From positions 496,001-560,000 of the forward strand of contig OZ234493.1 of the NCBI GenBank assembly GCA_965153455.1: a stretch of 64,000 nt of DNA, given 5' to 3'. This stretch comes from Sphagnum compactum. Lineage: Eukaryota. Below the pieces are notes generated by a model. The model was not told where the DNA came from. It was given only the letters and a program-made list of their open reading frames with translations, and did no database searches. The position numbers were made by a program, and so were the translations under genes. Shown here piece after piece: positions 1 to 13,300 of the stretch. Each line of letters begins with the position of its first letter. Position 1 is the first letter of the stretch.

Positions 1-3000
1 CATATGGTAATATATGAAAGTTATTTTTAAAAAAATCTTTTTATATTTGTGGCTACTTATTAGAACTAGCACAAAAATTTGACGATTTGGAATTTCTTTT
101 GGAAATCTAGTAAATTTGGCGCAATTTTTCCATTAAAATTCGTTGTATAAGTTGGAATCATATGTTTCAAGTCAAACTTTGGCCGAAAATCACTATTAAA
201 AATTAATCCATGGGGCTTGGTTAACTACCCATCAAAATTACGCAAACTTTATTAACCTTGAACTTAATTCTTCCCTTGGCAACCAAGGAATACCAATTTT
301 ACCTACATTAATACAAGTAGTTAAAAAAAATAGTATTCACATTGCAAGGATCAATTATAACATGAAATTGAAATGCTAATGTTGAACCATGAAATTTAAT
401 AACTAATGTTAATGAAATCTCAAAAACATCTAATAATGAATTTGAAAAATGTTGTGCATAGTTGCCACACGCGAAGAACTCAAAGATGAACTTGACTTAA
501 ACACAAAAAGCAACAAAAGGAAGGTTAAATTATTTTATACCTCTATTTATGTCCAAGGGGGAATTCACTTGAATGAAGCACCCATGCAACAAGCATGACA
601 AGCAATGGCAATATTGATGAACAATAGTAATATGACCATGTATGTGTCAAATGACAAGCAAGAAGGAGACAAATTTAGGGGTTGTACTTACAACAAGATG
701 AATAATGAACAAAAATAAATCAAAAGGAAACAATCAAAACAAATCAACATGAAGTTCACTTGAAACAATTAGGTCTAGTTGAAGCAATGGCGACGCATTA
801 GCAAATCAATGGTGTGGAATAACAAATCAATGTGGACCAAGATATGTTGAAAAGGACCAAAATGTTACAAGGACCTTACATGTAGTTTGTCCATTAGCTG
901 GACAAAGCAATGTTCCACGGAAGTGAAAAGCTTGATTCCTCACTTGTTTGTTATTCTTATGACAAACATATCAAAGAAAAAAATTTAAATCAAACCTTGC
1001 TTGTTCATGGAATAAAGCTTGTTAAAGAAACCGAATAGAATAAGTGAGTAGAGCAGTAAGTTAGGAGGGAAAGAAAAAAATTGGGCCTGTGCCAAACATC
1101 CAAAAGGAAAGAAAGTGTGAAAGAGACAAAAATCCGAGGAAAAAAGACAGCCAACATAACCTAGGCTAGCTAAGTGTTCATGAGAAAATTTTCATCCATG
1201 CAAAGGAATCATCATTTTTCATTTAGGGCCATTACTAATGTAGGTGTTCATTCATCCAAATAGCCTTCCCTTGACATCTCCAATTGGGAAATAATTCAAT
1301 TTGCACCTATGTCTCACAGTTCTTTTTTATTACCACTCTGATTAACCAAACCTATTTCTTCCTTTGACATTCACAAGTTGGGGAATATATTTGAATGCAC
1401 CCATTTTTCATAATTGTTTTTCTCAATTCATTTTTTTACACAACTTTTATTCCAACTTTAGTTCTTCAAGCACCACTAACTCAAAGAATGAATATAAGCT
1501 TAGTACTATAGCACCAACATGGATTACTAGGGGTAAAAGTTTAATTAAATAATATTGTGACTTTGGAGTAAAAGGATGGGTAAGTATGGAAAGAAATAAT
1601 TCAACTTATTAGTTTTATCTTTAGAATCTTTGACTAGGACATAGTTTAAAACTCATCTGAATAATTTAAATTACTTATTTTGGATTAGACGTAATTAAAA
1701 ATGAACTATCTAAACTTAACTAAAACTTGACTAAATTTTTCAAGTGTTTTGTATGGAATGTGGTTGTTACAATGGATTTTTGTTGAGCACCTCACCTATG
1801 TGATAGTAGGGATTTGATTCAAAATTAACTTTCATAAGTCCCAAACCATTCCCCATGTACCTCTTCCTTCCCTATAATACATTCCATTCAAACTTTACTT
1901 CCTAGGGATTAAGTATTTCCCAATCCCACCAACTTTCTTCAACCCATCCACTTCCAAAGCCCCCAAAGCATTCCCAACCACCTAAACATGTACACTTCCC
2001 TTATCCATTTGTTTGTTGGCATCCTTACCTTGTCTTTCTCAACTTCTTTCACCCCAATGTCCACCATCCCTAACAATGTCGATTATTCCATTTCCTTGCC
2101 CTTTATGTCTTCCATAAAGACAATGTACTTTTTGGTTTTTGATCTTTCAATCTTTCTCATTTCACGTGCCCCCAAATTATTCAACTGCCTCCTTTTCCTT
2201 GGATCCAATTTCTTTTCTAACTTCTTGTGTATTGTTGGGCATTATCCATTTCTTCAATAGTAGCTTCCCAAGGCTCTACTCGTCCTTGGGTTTCCCATCA
2301 TCCTTTGTCCCCAACCTTACCAAGCTATCTTCCCCAATTATCTTCCTCTATCACTTAGCCATGGATTGAATGGGAAATCAATTTTGAAACCATTTTATTT
2401 TCTCATTTATGATCTTGAAGCAAAAAGTAATTTTGTTTCTTTTCTATAGACATCCATTTTAAACTACACGTATTAGATTTTAAATGTTGAATGGAAGTAA
2501 TTTAATGATAATTTACTTGATGTTAATCATTATGGCCTTCTAGAAATAAACATGAAATACTTGGAATTGTATTGAAAATGAGAAAAAATTGATCTTTTGC
2601 TTTCAATATTAATTATTGTGGCATGTGCCATTGGCCCAAGTGTGAACTTGTTATTCGATTAATTTTTTCTTTCAAAGTTAGTTTTTGTAACTTAATTAAA
2701 TTTTCAATGACAAAAATTGCACAAAATTTAATATTTCTCACACCATAAATCTAAAAATAATGAAATCCCACTCATTGAAGGCTTTCCAACATTAACAAGA
2801 ATGCATTTCAATTTTCTTATTTAGTTTTAATTATTTTGAATTTTCATTGTAGATTTAAACAATAAGAAACCACCTTGAGGCACCCCCACTCATTGATGGC
2901 TTTCCAACAACACCAAATGCATGACGAAAAGCATTGTGGTTTGGGAGATCTCAACATTCCACAAAAAACAAAAAACAAAAACAAAAAAATTACATTCATT

Positions 3001-4433
3001 AATAGACAAACTATTATGGCTTATGCAATTGGCCCAAATGTGAACACATTGATACATAACTACTCCAAACGTGAATGGGACCTTAATGATAGAGCTCAAT
3101 TGTGAAATTTTTTTTTCAGAAATGACTCAAAATTTTATATTTCTCCCACCTTACAACTAAAAATTACAAAATTATCTCCAAGAAATCTTACTCATGAAAG
3201 ACTTTTTACGAATATGAAGACCTTGTGCCAATTTCCCTAAGTTTTTACTTTTGACTTTGTTGAATTTTCAATTACAAAAGTGTTCAATATTCAATATCTT
3301 TTGTTTTGTATGGTAAGCCAAATATGACCAAACCACCTCACTACACCCTTACTCATTGAGACCTTTCCAAGAGAACAAAAGAGTGAGGGTGAAAGCATTG
3401 TGGTTGTAGAGATCTCAACATGACAAACAAAAGAAACAGAACACACAAAACAAACAAACAATCTCCTCCTTAATAGAGAGATGTGTTAAATATACAATTG
3501 AGTTTATGACATTTATAAATTGTGTTTCCATTGTTAGAAGTTGATCCCAACCCCTAAAGTGTGACATTGTATAGATTTTATTTTAAAGATTCTTCTGCAA
3601 GTCCAAATCTAATGAGCAAAATTGATCCAAAATGTTAAAGAAATGTCACATAGCCATGATGTACAAAAAAGAATCCAATCTTTCTCAAATCTTTTTGAAA
3701 AGGAAGCAATCAATAATACTAGATATCCTGCGCATCTTTTTTGTAACTTTTTGTAAAATGATCAAGGTACTATCCTCTCAGTGTATGGCCAACTCATTTT
3801 GACGACACTTCAAAAAGATTCAACCATTTGCAAAACAGAAGACAACAAGATGACTACTAGTTGTCAATAAATGGATGAATTGAAAAAGTCGTTGACTAAT
3901 GTAAATGAAATGTGAATAAATTCTTTACGTAAATGGATGTGAATAATGACACTTTTAACTTGAGGGGGGTGGGGAGGGGTGATGGGGTCGAGAGGGGATC
4001 TTATTTTCATGAGGAAATGTCAATCATTTTATGTTCCCTTATAACATTAGAATCACCCTACGCCAGGGACCCGTGCCTCAGCAACCTTACAAGTGAAGTG
4101 CCAACCAATTAGTGGCAATTGGCAAACTTGATGCCTTCGTATATAGCTTTAGTACAGACAGGGTTCAGACTAGGGTAGTACATTGCTGGCTTCAGCACAA
4201 ATTATATTATTTTTAGAATTGCAGAAATTTTCAAAAATTACTTTCTCAAAGACAATTTTTTTTGTGAAGGAAAAATGAGGAATCTTTTGGAATGTTCTTT
4301 TTTCTGAAATGGAATCTTCATGATCAATTAATTATTTGGCAAACATGTGCTAAAGCTGCCAAGATACTACATTATTGACTATCCTTGCTCTGGCCATTGG
4401 ATATCTTCAAAGCTTCATTACTAGGTTTCTTAT

Positions 4434-4643
4434 GGTGCATTCACACTTGATGTTAATAAGTGTTAAATGAAAATCTAGGTGGCATCCTAGGTGGCACCCA
4501 ATCCTAAATGGGTTATACCTTAATGTTAAGTGAATGTTAGCTTAACATAAAATTTTCATCGTAAGGAGGTTTAAGTCCTAAATGACGAGCATGGTGGTAT
4601 GGGATTCAACACTAGAGTCCCGAACATCAAGTGTGAATGCACC
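4434..4643. mobile_element. MITE, PIF/Harbinger (Tourist)-like, copy 1
   Basis: Perfect 21-bp TIR GGTGCATTCACACTTGATGTT (4434-4454) / AACATCAAGTGTGAATGCACC (4623-4643). Non-coding 210-bp body with TTA/TAA-like flanks. A second copy lies in the opposite orientation at 63545-63759. Confidence 0.85.
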
Positions 4644-6523
4644 TTAAGGTTTAAAAAACTTTAGGGGTGTATTTGGAACATGAAAAACTCATAAGCTGTA
4701 GAATTTGGACTTTGACATCACTTATGCTCCTTATGATTTTCCAAGATCTAAGTGGTGCAAGATTTCAAAGAGCCAAAGGACACAAATTGGCCAACACATA
4801 AAAACATTTCCCAAAGCCAAGATAAAGGACGAGACAGCCATTTGCAATATTGACAAAACTGTCCATGGCCTCACATGTCTGACCAACACCTCAACCAGAC
4901 TAACTCACCAATGCTAACATTGAACCTCCCCCTAGGCACGTAACCTCACATGTATGAGAGGATTAGTAAAACTAAAAAGTTGTGGCAGAGGGCCCACAAG
5001 AGGATCACAGTTATGTATTCAAGAATATTATTCAAACAAGTGCAACACCCAAAACATCCATTACAACAAATTAATCAGCTCATATCATCCTGTAATGACT
5101 CCAGTGCAACTTATACCAACTTCAGCCCAGCATGATTTCTTATTCAAAAAATTGTCCCCATGATACCCGATGGGTACCAACTGGGTATCATGGGAAAAAC
5201 CGAGTTTTTCAAAAATGTACACTTGGTAATGCTACCTGCTACATCAAAAAATTGAAAAAAAAACCCTGTCATCATCTTACATAGACTCCACAACCCTCAG
5301 CAAAATGAAGTAAGGAAAAAAGCTTTTGACACCAAAAAATGCCTATTTACTAAGAAACTGCCTAAGAATTAGGGAATCTTTTCAAACATCTGAACCCTCA
5401 TTTGAGGTACAATTATGTGGGCCATCTGGGTTGACAAGAATCACAAAACATTCAATAATGTCAATTGGAATGATATTAGGCTAGCAAACCCCATTTGGGA
5501 ACAACTTACAGACTATGGCAAGTTTCATTGGAATAGGGTCGTCTTAGAGATAACGAAGTTTCCCCCTTAACAAGGCTGAGCTTTTGGACCAATTTGATCA
5601 AACTTGGTGCCCCTATTGTTTTGTTTGTGCCCGGGATGACCTTCGATTTAGACGGCGTTATCAAATGCAAGTAACATTAGCTGGTAACTTACCCGAGTTG
5701 AACTGTTGACTCAATCCATTATTTCTCTCCTTTTTGTCCATTTGTGCCCAAAAAAAATCAAAACTAATTAAACCACTGAGTAAAACTTGGTGACTGTGTT
5801 GGACACAAGACATGAGACCAAATGAAAAACTACCCATGAAGTCCACAAGAGTGAACCATGTAACACTGGGTGAACATTCCTCAGAATGTGGACTGAATGA
5901 AAACTACATTATTGTGGGCCCATTGGCCCAGCCCCCATGAACACACCATCCCCATGCCCTGTCGAGCTCAAGTGTTGTAACCGTAACCCTGCCAAACGTT
6001 ACTAATCATTTAGTAATCTCAAGCTCTCCCTCACAAATTACATGCAGAGCAGTGTTCTTTTTAAGAACTTTTGTTTTGTGGCCAAAGTGGCAATCATCCT
6101 CTGGAAGATTTAGATCTTGCTATAAACCAGATATGAAGTACAAAACTTTAATCGTCCTTCTATATCTTTGACAACACACTTAAAACCAAATATAGAAATT
6201 TGATGATTTTTACTATACATTTTTGGACCACACTTCTGGTGATTGAAAAATCTCCAAAATCAACGAATTTTCATTCTTTCAATTTTTTAATTTCGTGTGA
6301 ACTCGCCAAGGAAAAAGATGCAGAGCCAACAAAAGAAAAGCAAGTCCTATACTTGGTAAGTTTGCAGGGGCATCAACTTTTCACTACTTTTGACTAAATT
6401 ATCCAAATATCTTCACCAGGGGCAGTCAAACCACACCCAGGCGACTAGGAATTCACTACTCGGTATTGACTTTGGTTTTTCCCCTGGTTTTTTTGTTTTG
6501 TGGGGGGGGGTCCCCTTTTGATC

Positions 6524-6922
6524 TTCCATCTTTTGCTGGTTTTTGGGGTCCAATATTAGGCCTGGACCATGGGGATCCATTTTTCTCCTCCATCTCTTGC
6601 TGGTTTTTGGGGTCGAATATTGGGCCTGAAACATGGGGGTCCATTTTTCTCCTCCATCTCTTGCTGGTTTTTGGGGTCGAATATTGGGCCTGAAACATGG
6701 GGGTCCATTTTTCTCTTCCATCTCTTGCTGGTTTTTGGGGTCGAATATTGGGCCTGAAACATGGGGGTCCATTTTTCTCTTCCATCTCTTGCTGGTTTTT
6801 GGGGTCGAATATTGGGCCTGAAACATGGGGGTCCATTTTTCTCTTCCATCTCTTGCTGGTTTTTGGGGTCGAATATTGGGCCTGAAACATAAGGGTCCAC
6901 TTTTCTCTTCCATCTCTTGCTG
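6524..6922. repeat. 64-bp minisatellite, about 6 near-identical tandem units
   Basis: Unit TTGCTGGTTTTTGGGGTCGAATATTGGGCCTGAAACATGGGGGTCCATTTTTCTCYTCCATCTC recurs at 6597, 6661, 6725, 6789 and 6853, plus a degenerate first copy. It accounts for the overlapping ORFs at 6413-6994. Confidence 0.97.
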
Positions 6923-7216
6923 TTCATAACCACTCAATTCCCCCTTCCCCACCTCCATTTCCATCATCATTCCCAAACTCGCAACTCTCCACACTTTCTT
7001 CTCTCAGTGCTCTCTCCCTTTGCCTACTCAGCCAATTTACACCACCAACTACCACCACTTGCAGCAGGCTATAATTAATTGAAACACTTTTACAGCAACA
7101 AAGTTACACATCTGGAAACAACTACACTTCTTTTCTGACTTTTCTTTGGAATTTTATCTCGTTTGCTGGACTCTGCTTGAGAGCCTATAGTTGTTGCATT
7201 ATACTTAAGAATTAAT

Positions 7217-8218
7217 ATGGTTGCATCTTATGGCCTATCTAGTGTCCCAGGAAGCTCTGAATTGATTTCTGGAAACCAGTTTGCAGTGGATGCTTACACC
7301 TCACAACGAGAAACTCAACTTAGTGCTGGTAATAATACCCTTAAAGCTGGTTCACAGGGTTTGAATGTACAAGTGCCAATTCGGATCTTTAGAAAGACTT
7401 CTTGCTCGCCGCCATGACCAGCGGGATTGGATGTACCTCGACCTTGAGCATGTCCGTGGCAGTCTTCGTTCTCAACAGCGGTGCCGCTAAGTTTATGGAC
7501 TTGCCTAGCAAGTACCAGCCCTCGCAGCTTGCTGAGGAGCAACGTACGGCTTCTCGCTTCCATAAGCTGCTGGCTACGCACATTCAGACCACTTTGTTGA
7601 TCGATCCGAGACTGCGGAAAGATGCGCACGTGTACATTGAACAGGTGATGGTCAGGCTTCAGGCGCTTGACGTCGGGTTTCCTCCCCCCCTGAAGCCCAA
7701 TGGCCTGGAGAATTCCCCAAGCTGTAGCACCCTCGGTGTTTGGCCCTGTTGCATGCGGACCTCACCGAAACCGAAATATCCCAGCTAACAACACGCATGG
7801 CTGGACTGATGCGATCACAAAGGACCTCCGATGGACAGCTGATAAGCTCCAGACACAACATACGTGCGGGGCGGCCACAAACAAGGTGACTGCTAACAGA
7901 AGGCTAGCAATACTGGCTCCAGTGTTTGCAGGCGTTGCGGTTCCTTTGAGCTTGGTCGGATGCTGGCCTAGGATTCACTTGGCAGGAGTAGCTGCAGCAC
8001 GCAGAATACTAGCGCTCGGGGGCAAATTGGAATGATATATTTCGAGCTTTACAGGAACTGCACAGGCTCCTATATTGCAGAGATGGAGCAAGATATTCAA
8101 AGTACGATGAGGGTAGTGGATTGCCGAAGAGACGATGGAGAGCTGTACCACCAAAAAATTGCACTCCAGGTGGGACCCATGATCGCATGCCATTGTTCTC
8201 ATCAGAAGAAAAGACCAG
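7217..8218 (+). pseudogene. Pseudogene paralog of the At4g22030-like gene at 18867-20240
   Basis: Begins MVASYGLSSVPGSSELISGNQFAV...SQGLNVQVPI (intact copy ELISGNQFAV...SQGLNIQVPI). About 340 nt are deleted near 7400. Continues SKYQPSQLAEEQRTASRFHKLLA...DPRLRKDAH, has frameshifting indels near 7710-7780, 7855 and 8010-8040, then FELYRNC...AEMEQDIQSTM...DGELYHQKIALQ. Homology stops at GAAAAGAC (about 8216). Confidence 0.93.
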
Positions 8219-8219
8219 G

Positions 8220-10385
8220 GTCACAGCCCTTTTAAGCAAACCCTCAAGTGTGGGGGCTTGCTTAGTCGAGGCTCAAAGTCCAAGTCTAAGTGTTGGGCTG
8301 GGTTTGACTCTTGGTTCGACAAACTCACGAGCCACATAGGTGTTGATGAGTGAGGGTTTGAGGAAGGGGGTCCGAGGTGTTGGCCTTGGCGCACAAAGTC
8401 TTTGAACTAAACAAAGTCTTCTTTTAGGTTAGGAGACTAGAGATAGTATCCCAAGCAACAAGGCCTTTGACCATTTGGGAAGGTTGCAATGGGTTTTAGT
8501 TCCACTTGTCTAGAGGTCGGAAATAGCCCAAGGTTGCGAGGTAAGTCTCAATGCCAAAGTTTCACCAAGTGCGTGATTTTCCAGGTGCAAATAGCATAGG
8601 TATTTAAAGAGGCACAAGAACGGAACGAGGGCGATGATGGAACGATGCCAAGGCATAAACGGGTGCAATAGGTGGTATCAAAGCAAGCTCTTAAGGTTGA
8701 TTGGAAAATCTTCTTAAGCATTTAGGGGAGGTGACAGTTCAAAGCAAATGGTCTTGAACGAACTGATGCCCAACACACAAGTTGTGGTCGAACCCAAGGC
8801 CAAGAAGAAGTACAAGACTAAAAAGGAGAAAGAGAAGGACACCGCCATGGAAGAGTTGATGATAACAACTCAGAACATGGTGGGCAAGGAGCTTTTTAAT
8901 GAAAAGGTCCAAAGTCTGAGAGACTTGGTGGGGGAAATGGCGAAGCATCCTCCATGAAAAACTAAAAAATAAAAAGCAGGGAAGGATGATGTAGGTCTGA
9001 GCAAAACCAAGGCTTGTGAAAGGACTCTTTCCCCTATCAAACAAAGAAAGGGAAAAGATGAGGTGAGTGTGGGCTTGTCGACGAAAACTCCCTCAACTCC
9101 CATGAAAAATAAGGGGAAAGAAAAATTTCCTAAACCAATTGTGGATTCACTTAAACACATCGACTTTCACTCTTCTTTTGAATCAAATGGGGATGTGCAT
9201 TCCTTGATTTGCCCTCTAAATGGGGCCAAGGAGAGATAAAGGAGGCAAGTAGGCCCTAGAACGTCCAGTTGTGGACAAATCTCTTGAGAAGTAAGAGGAA
9301 AAGGTTCCAAAGATGGAGAAATCATCCAAGGAATTTTTGACTCTTATGGTCGCTTTTCGTGTGTTTTTGGTCCAACAAGGGGAAGCCATAGCACAAAATT
9401 AGGAAACAGCCAAGTAGATGAATCACATTGCGAAAGGTTTAGGTGCCATCAACAATGCCCCAAGTGGGGGTTTTACCAAGGCAACCATCAAGGCGAAACT
9501 ACCCGACTCCTTTGTGGGGAAAGAGACCAAAACCAAATGAATGCAACTGTGGTTGCACCAAATAGAGGCATATATGGAAACATAGCACCTCGAAATTGAT
9601 AAAGAACGAATTCATTTCGTTCAAACCCTATTGAAAAAACACACATGGGAGTGGTGGATGTCCCAAAGGTAGGGAATGCCTGACGTACTTGAAACCTTCA
9701 TGTGGGAGGAGTTTAAATCATGGCTAAACAAAAGGTTCACGCTGCACCACTTGGTGTTTCGAGATGGGATGGAGCTTTTGGAATTCACCTAAGAAGACGA
9801 TAAGGGTTCATTGGCCACCTACGTCTAGGACTTCAATCACATGTTGATTGTGGTCCCCTTTAAAGATGAATATGCCCGGATGTTGATCTTCCTGCATGGA
9901 CTCAAGCCCTAGGTGTAAAAGATAGTTTATCAGAAAACTGACATTTTGGAAATTTACTAAAGGTTGATGAAAATGATGGAGTGTATAAAGGATGAAGCCC
10001 CTACACACCCCAAAGGCGAAATTGGAAACAGAGTCACCCAAAAAAACCAAGTCGACCCAAGTAATGGAAACAAGGGTTACAACAAACATAAGTGGAACCA
10101 AGGAAAACATGGGCCTCCAAACGACAAAAAAAAAAATCAACAAACAAAGAACCACCAATTAAAAAGGAAAAACGAAACATGTCCAAAATCAAATGTTTCA
10201 ATTGTAACAACGGACATTTGGCAAAGGACTACCCCAAGCCACCTCAAGTAAGTGACTGCATTGACTAAGGTAAGTTGAATTTCCAAAAGGTTTCACGGCT
10301 GAAATAGGGACCCACAAAAGCGAAGCCTCCAACTTATTAAAATTGAATTGTAAGATAAATAACAAAATTATGGGTTATCTCATTA
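8220..10385 (+). mobile_element. Degenerate Ty3/gypsy LTR retrotransposon remnant (5' region, gag, zinc knuckle, start of protease)
   Basis: Stop-riddled gag-like translation from about 9490 (AKLPDSFVGK...LWLHQIEAY...HTWEWW...WEEFKSWLNKRF...IFLHGLKP). Degenerate knuckle KCFNCNNGHLAKDYP at about 10190-10235. Truncated after KLNCKINNKIMGYL. Confidence 0.8.
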
Positions 10386-13300
10386 GCTACAACACAACCA
10401 TGTATTTTTCACCCCCCCCCCTTTGGTGACTACAATGATTATGTTGCAATTTTTACTACTTTTAAATGACTATAAAGGAAATTTTTTGTTTAATTATCCC
10501 GCTCCTCAAAATGTTTAGTGTCTTTCTACTATCAAATATAATCATATCAAACAATGTTTGTGCCACATGTATTTGTTAATGCCAACATGGCATTAATTCA
10601 TACTCAAGTAAGTGACTAGTTTTTGTCATGGCATAAATGATGTGGCATGGTACATACTAGCATGGTGTTAAGGTTTACTAGGATTTGACTAACTTCAGTT
10701 TTAATGCCATGAATGATTTAGTTGTTGTGTGCCATACATGTTATATTTTATTCATTTGGATGGCTATTTGATGTTGCATGTGTGAAGGGTTTTATTCAAT
10801 ATTAATTTTTTCTTGTATTTAGTGATAAATAATGGGTAAATTTAATTTTTTGGGTATTAAATTTTGCAATCATGCAACCATCATTCAAACAAAGTGTTTT
10901 GTTCTAAAAGTAGATTGTGGCAACTATACCAACAATTTGAAAATGGTGTAAAAGGTATCTATTTAATTAGTTGGTAAACTTGCAAAATTCCCAACACATT
11001 CTCTACATCAATTACTCAAGTAAACATAATTGGTAGCCCAAATCAAATTTTTCATTGCAATTGAAAAGGCCATACAAATTATTCCCAACAGATGGAAAAG
11101 GGCTGCATATTCATGGCCTACCCCATATATGTGGATGTTAACTTCCAAGGGCACAAAATTATGTACCCAACTAGGTGTAAATGCACACAAAAGAGCCCAC
11201 AAGTATAAGGTCTTGCACTTTCGAAGGAATGACGGCTGTCAAATTATTTTTACTAAACCACATGGTAGGAAATGAGGTGGAGGACAAAATCAATAGTGTA
11301 ATGAAATGAGGTTGATGAAAATTTCAAGTTCATTAAATTTTTGCAAGAAAATTCAAACTTTTCAATGGTTTTCCTAGTCTTGCCCAAACATGCATGTGAT
11401 TTACGTCATGTGCAACAATTGTCTTCTCCAATTAGTCACAAAACCTTTCTGTAAACCCTAAACATTATTTGATGTTAGAAACAAACTTGAGCTTTGAAAA
11501 AAACTTGATATTGTAGTTTTCTTTCAATCACATGCAACAGCTTGCTGGCCATGGATTTCATTGACCAAAAAGTTTGAAAGATTGAAGTTGGTTTTGACAA
11601 CTTAAGGTAATTATGGCTTATAAAAATCCCTCATTATCAGGGATTTTTTGGTGATTATTGATTCTAAAGAGCTTCAACTCTTGTTATAGAATTGCAAAGT
11701 TTTGTAAAATTGTAACTTGTTGTTCAACTTTCATGAACACCTTTGACATTGCTAAGCATCAACTATACCAAGTCATATGTTTTTAGGTTTAAGGTTGCAA
11801 ACGGGTTTGTTCATTTTGCAAGCCTAGAGTAGATGAAATTCGAATGGAGGGTTCTTGACCTTTGAACAGTTGTTGAATTGGAAGTAAGTTAGTGTCAAGT
11901 AACTTTGTGTGTAAATCATATATTTAAGGTCATATGCACATCATGTATGGAAGAATTAGAGTATTGAAATTCATTCAAGAATGTAACTGCACTCCATTGA
12001 AACTGCTAAAATTTTATGTTTGTGGGCTCACAAACATAAAATGTGAATGTTATTTCAAGCATATTAATCATGCAGTGTGGGCAACACTGAGTAGAACATG
12101 ATATGGAGGCGAGTTATTAGCATGGGTAGATATAATGTAAATGAAAAGCACGAAGGGTACCACACTCCCCCACAAAGTCCACAAAGAGGTGAACTAATTA
12201 AACTTGAGGCATTAAAAGAAATTTGAAAATCAACAACTCAATTGTGATTCATTTATAAATGTAATGGACACATGTGACTAAAAATAACCTAGTCACTTAA
12301 GACAAGTGCCAAAAGATAATTAGTCGCAAAAGACACGACATGGCCATGAAATTGAAATTATAGTCGCAAACCTTACAACTAAGCCAAAATTTCTCGTCCA
12401 TTGCCATGGATGATCTTTAATATAACATGGAACCCTATTTTGTGACGGCATTTGCGACTACATTTGGGATAATCACATGCTACCAAAAGTGCCATTGATG
12501 GGTGGTTAGGATTTAACCACGTGGTAATTTAAAGAGCCAATGGCCATAAAACACATGGCAATTTTCCATTTGTTCAAAAAAAGATATATTATAATTATAG
12601 AAAATTAAATATTTTATTACAGCAATTAAATATCATAATTACAGGAATTGAATATTATAATTATAATAATTAAATATTATAATTATTATAATCTATTCTA
12701 GGCTTAATTATAACAGGCAACTTGTTATAGGTTAGGCTAAGGTAGAATAGGCTACCTAACATAAACTAAGTAAGTAGGTAGGATCCTATTTATTTTGTTG
12801 GGAACAAACCTTTGATTCGCTCATCCTAAATGGTACATACACTATGTTTATAGTGCATTCCATGACTCTAGTCCATTCCTTCACCTAGTTATATACTTTA
12901 CAAGTTTGAAGTTGTAAATAAAGGATATGGGACAACTTTAATGAAAGGGAAACACTACAACACTATCATGACATTTTTTGTCCCATACAAAAATATTATC
13001 ATATATCCACTCAATAAAATATTTACTATTTTCACTAATTATTTACTACCTATCCTACTTACTACATATTACTTAGGCTACATAACTACTATATATTACC
13101 TAACCTACTTTTTTTTTATATTATTATTATTATTATTAAATCATATATCCACAATAATAAAATATTTACAATTTAACCTACCTATTACTTATTATTACCC
13201 ATCTTATCTATCACATACTACCTAGTCTACATTTAATAAATAATTTGTTGAACATAGCTAATTAATTCATCAATTAATACAAAAACACTATTCATTAAAA

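Noticed and set aside
2620-3480. Degenerate duplicated segments (GGCTTTCCAAC...GAGATCTCAACAT)
   Set aside because: Ordinary decayed dispersed repeat with unclear boundaries and no further structure.
6524-6922. CRISPR-like array
   Set aside because: Units are head-to-tail with no unique spacers, there are no cas genes, and the context is eukaryotic.
6413-6994. 193-aa and overlapping ORFs on both strands
   Set aside because: Products of the 64-bp minisatellite; the same peptide cycles through all frames.
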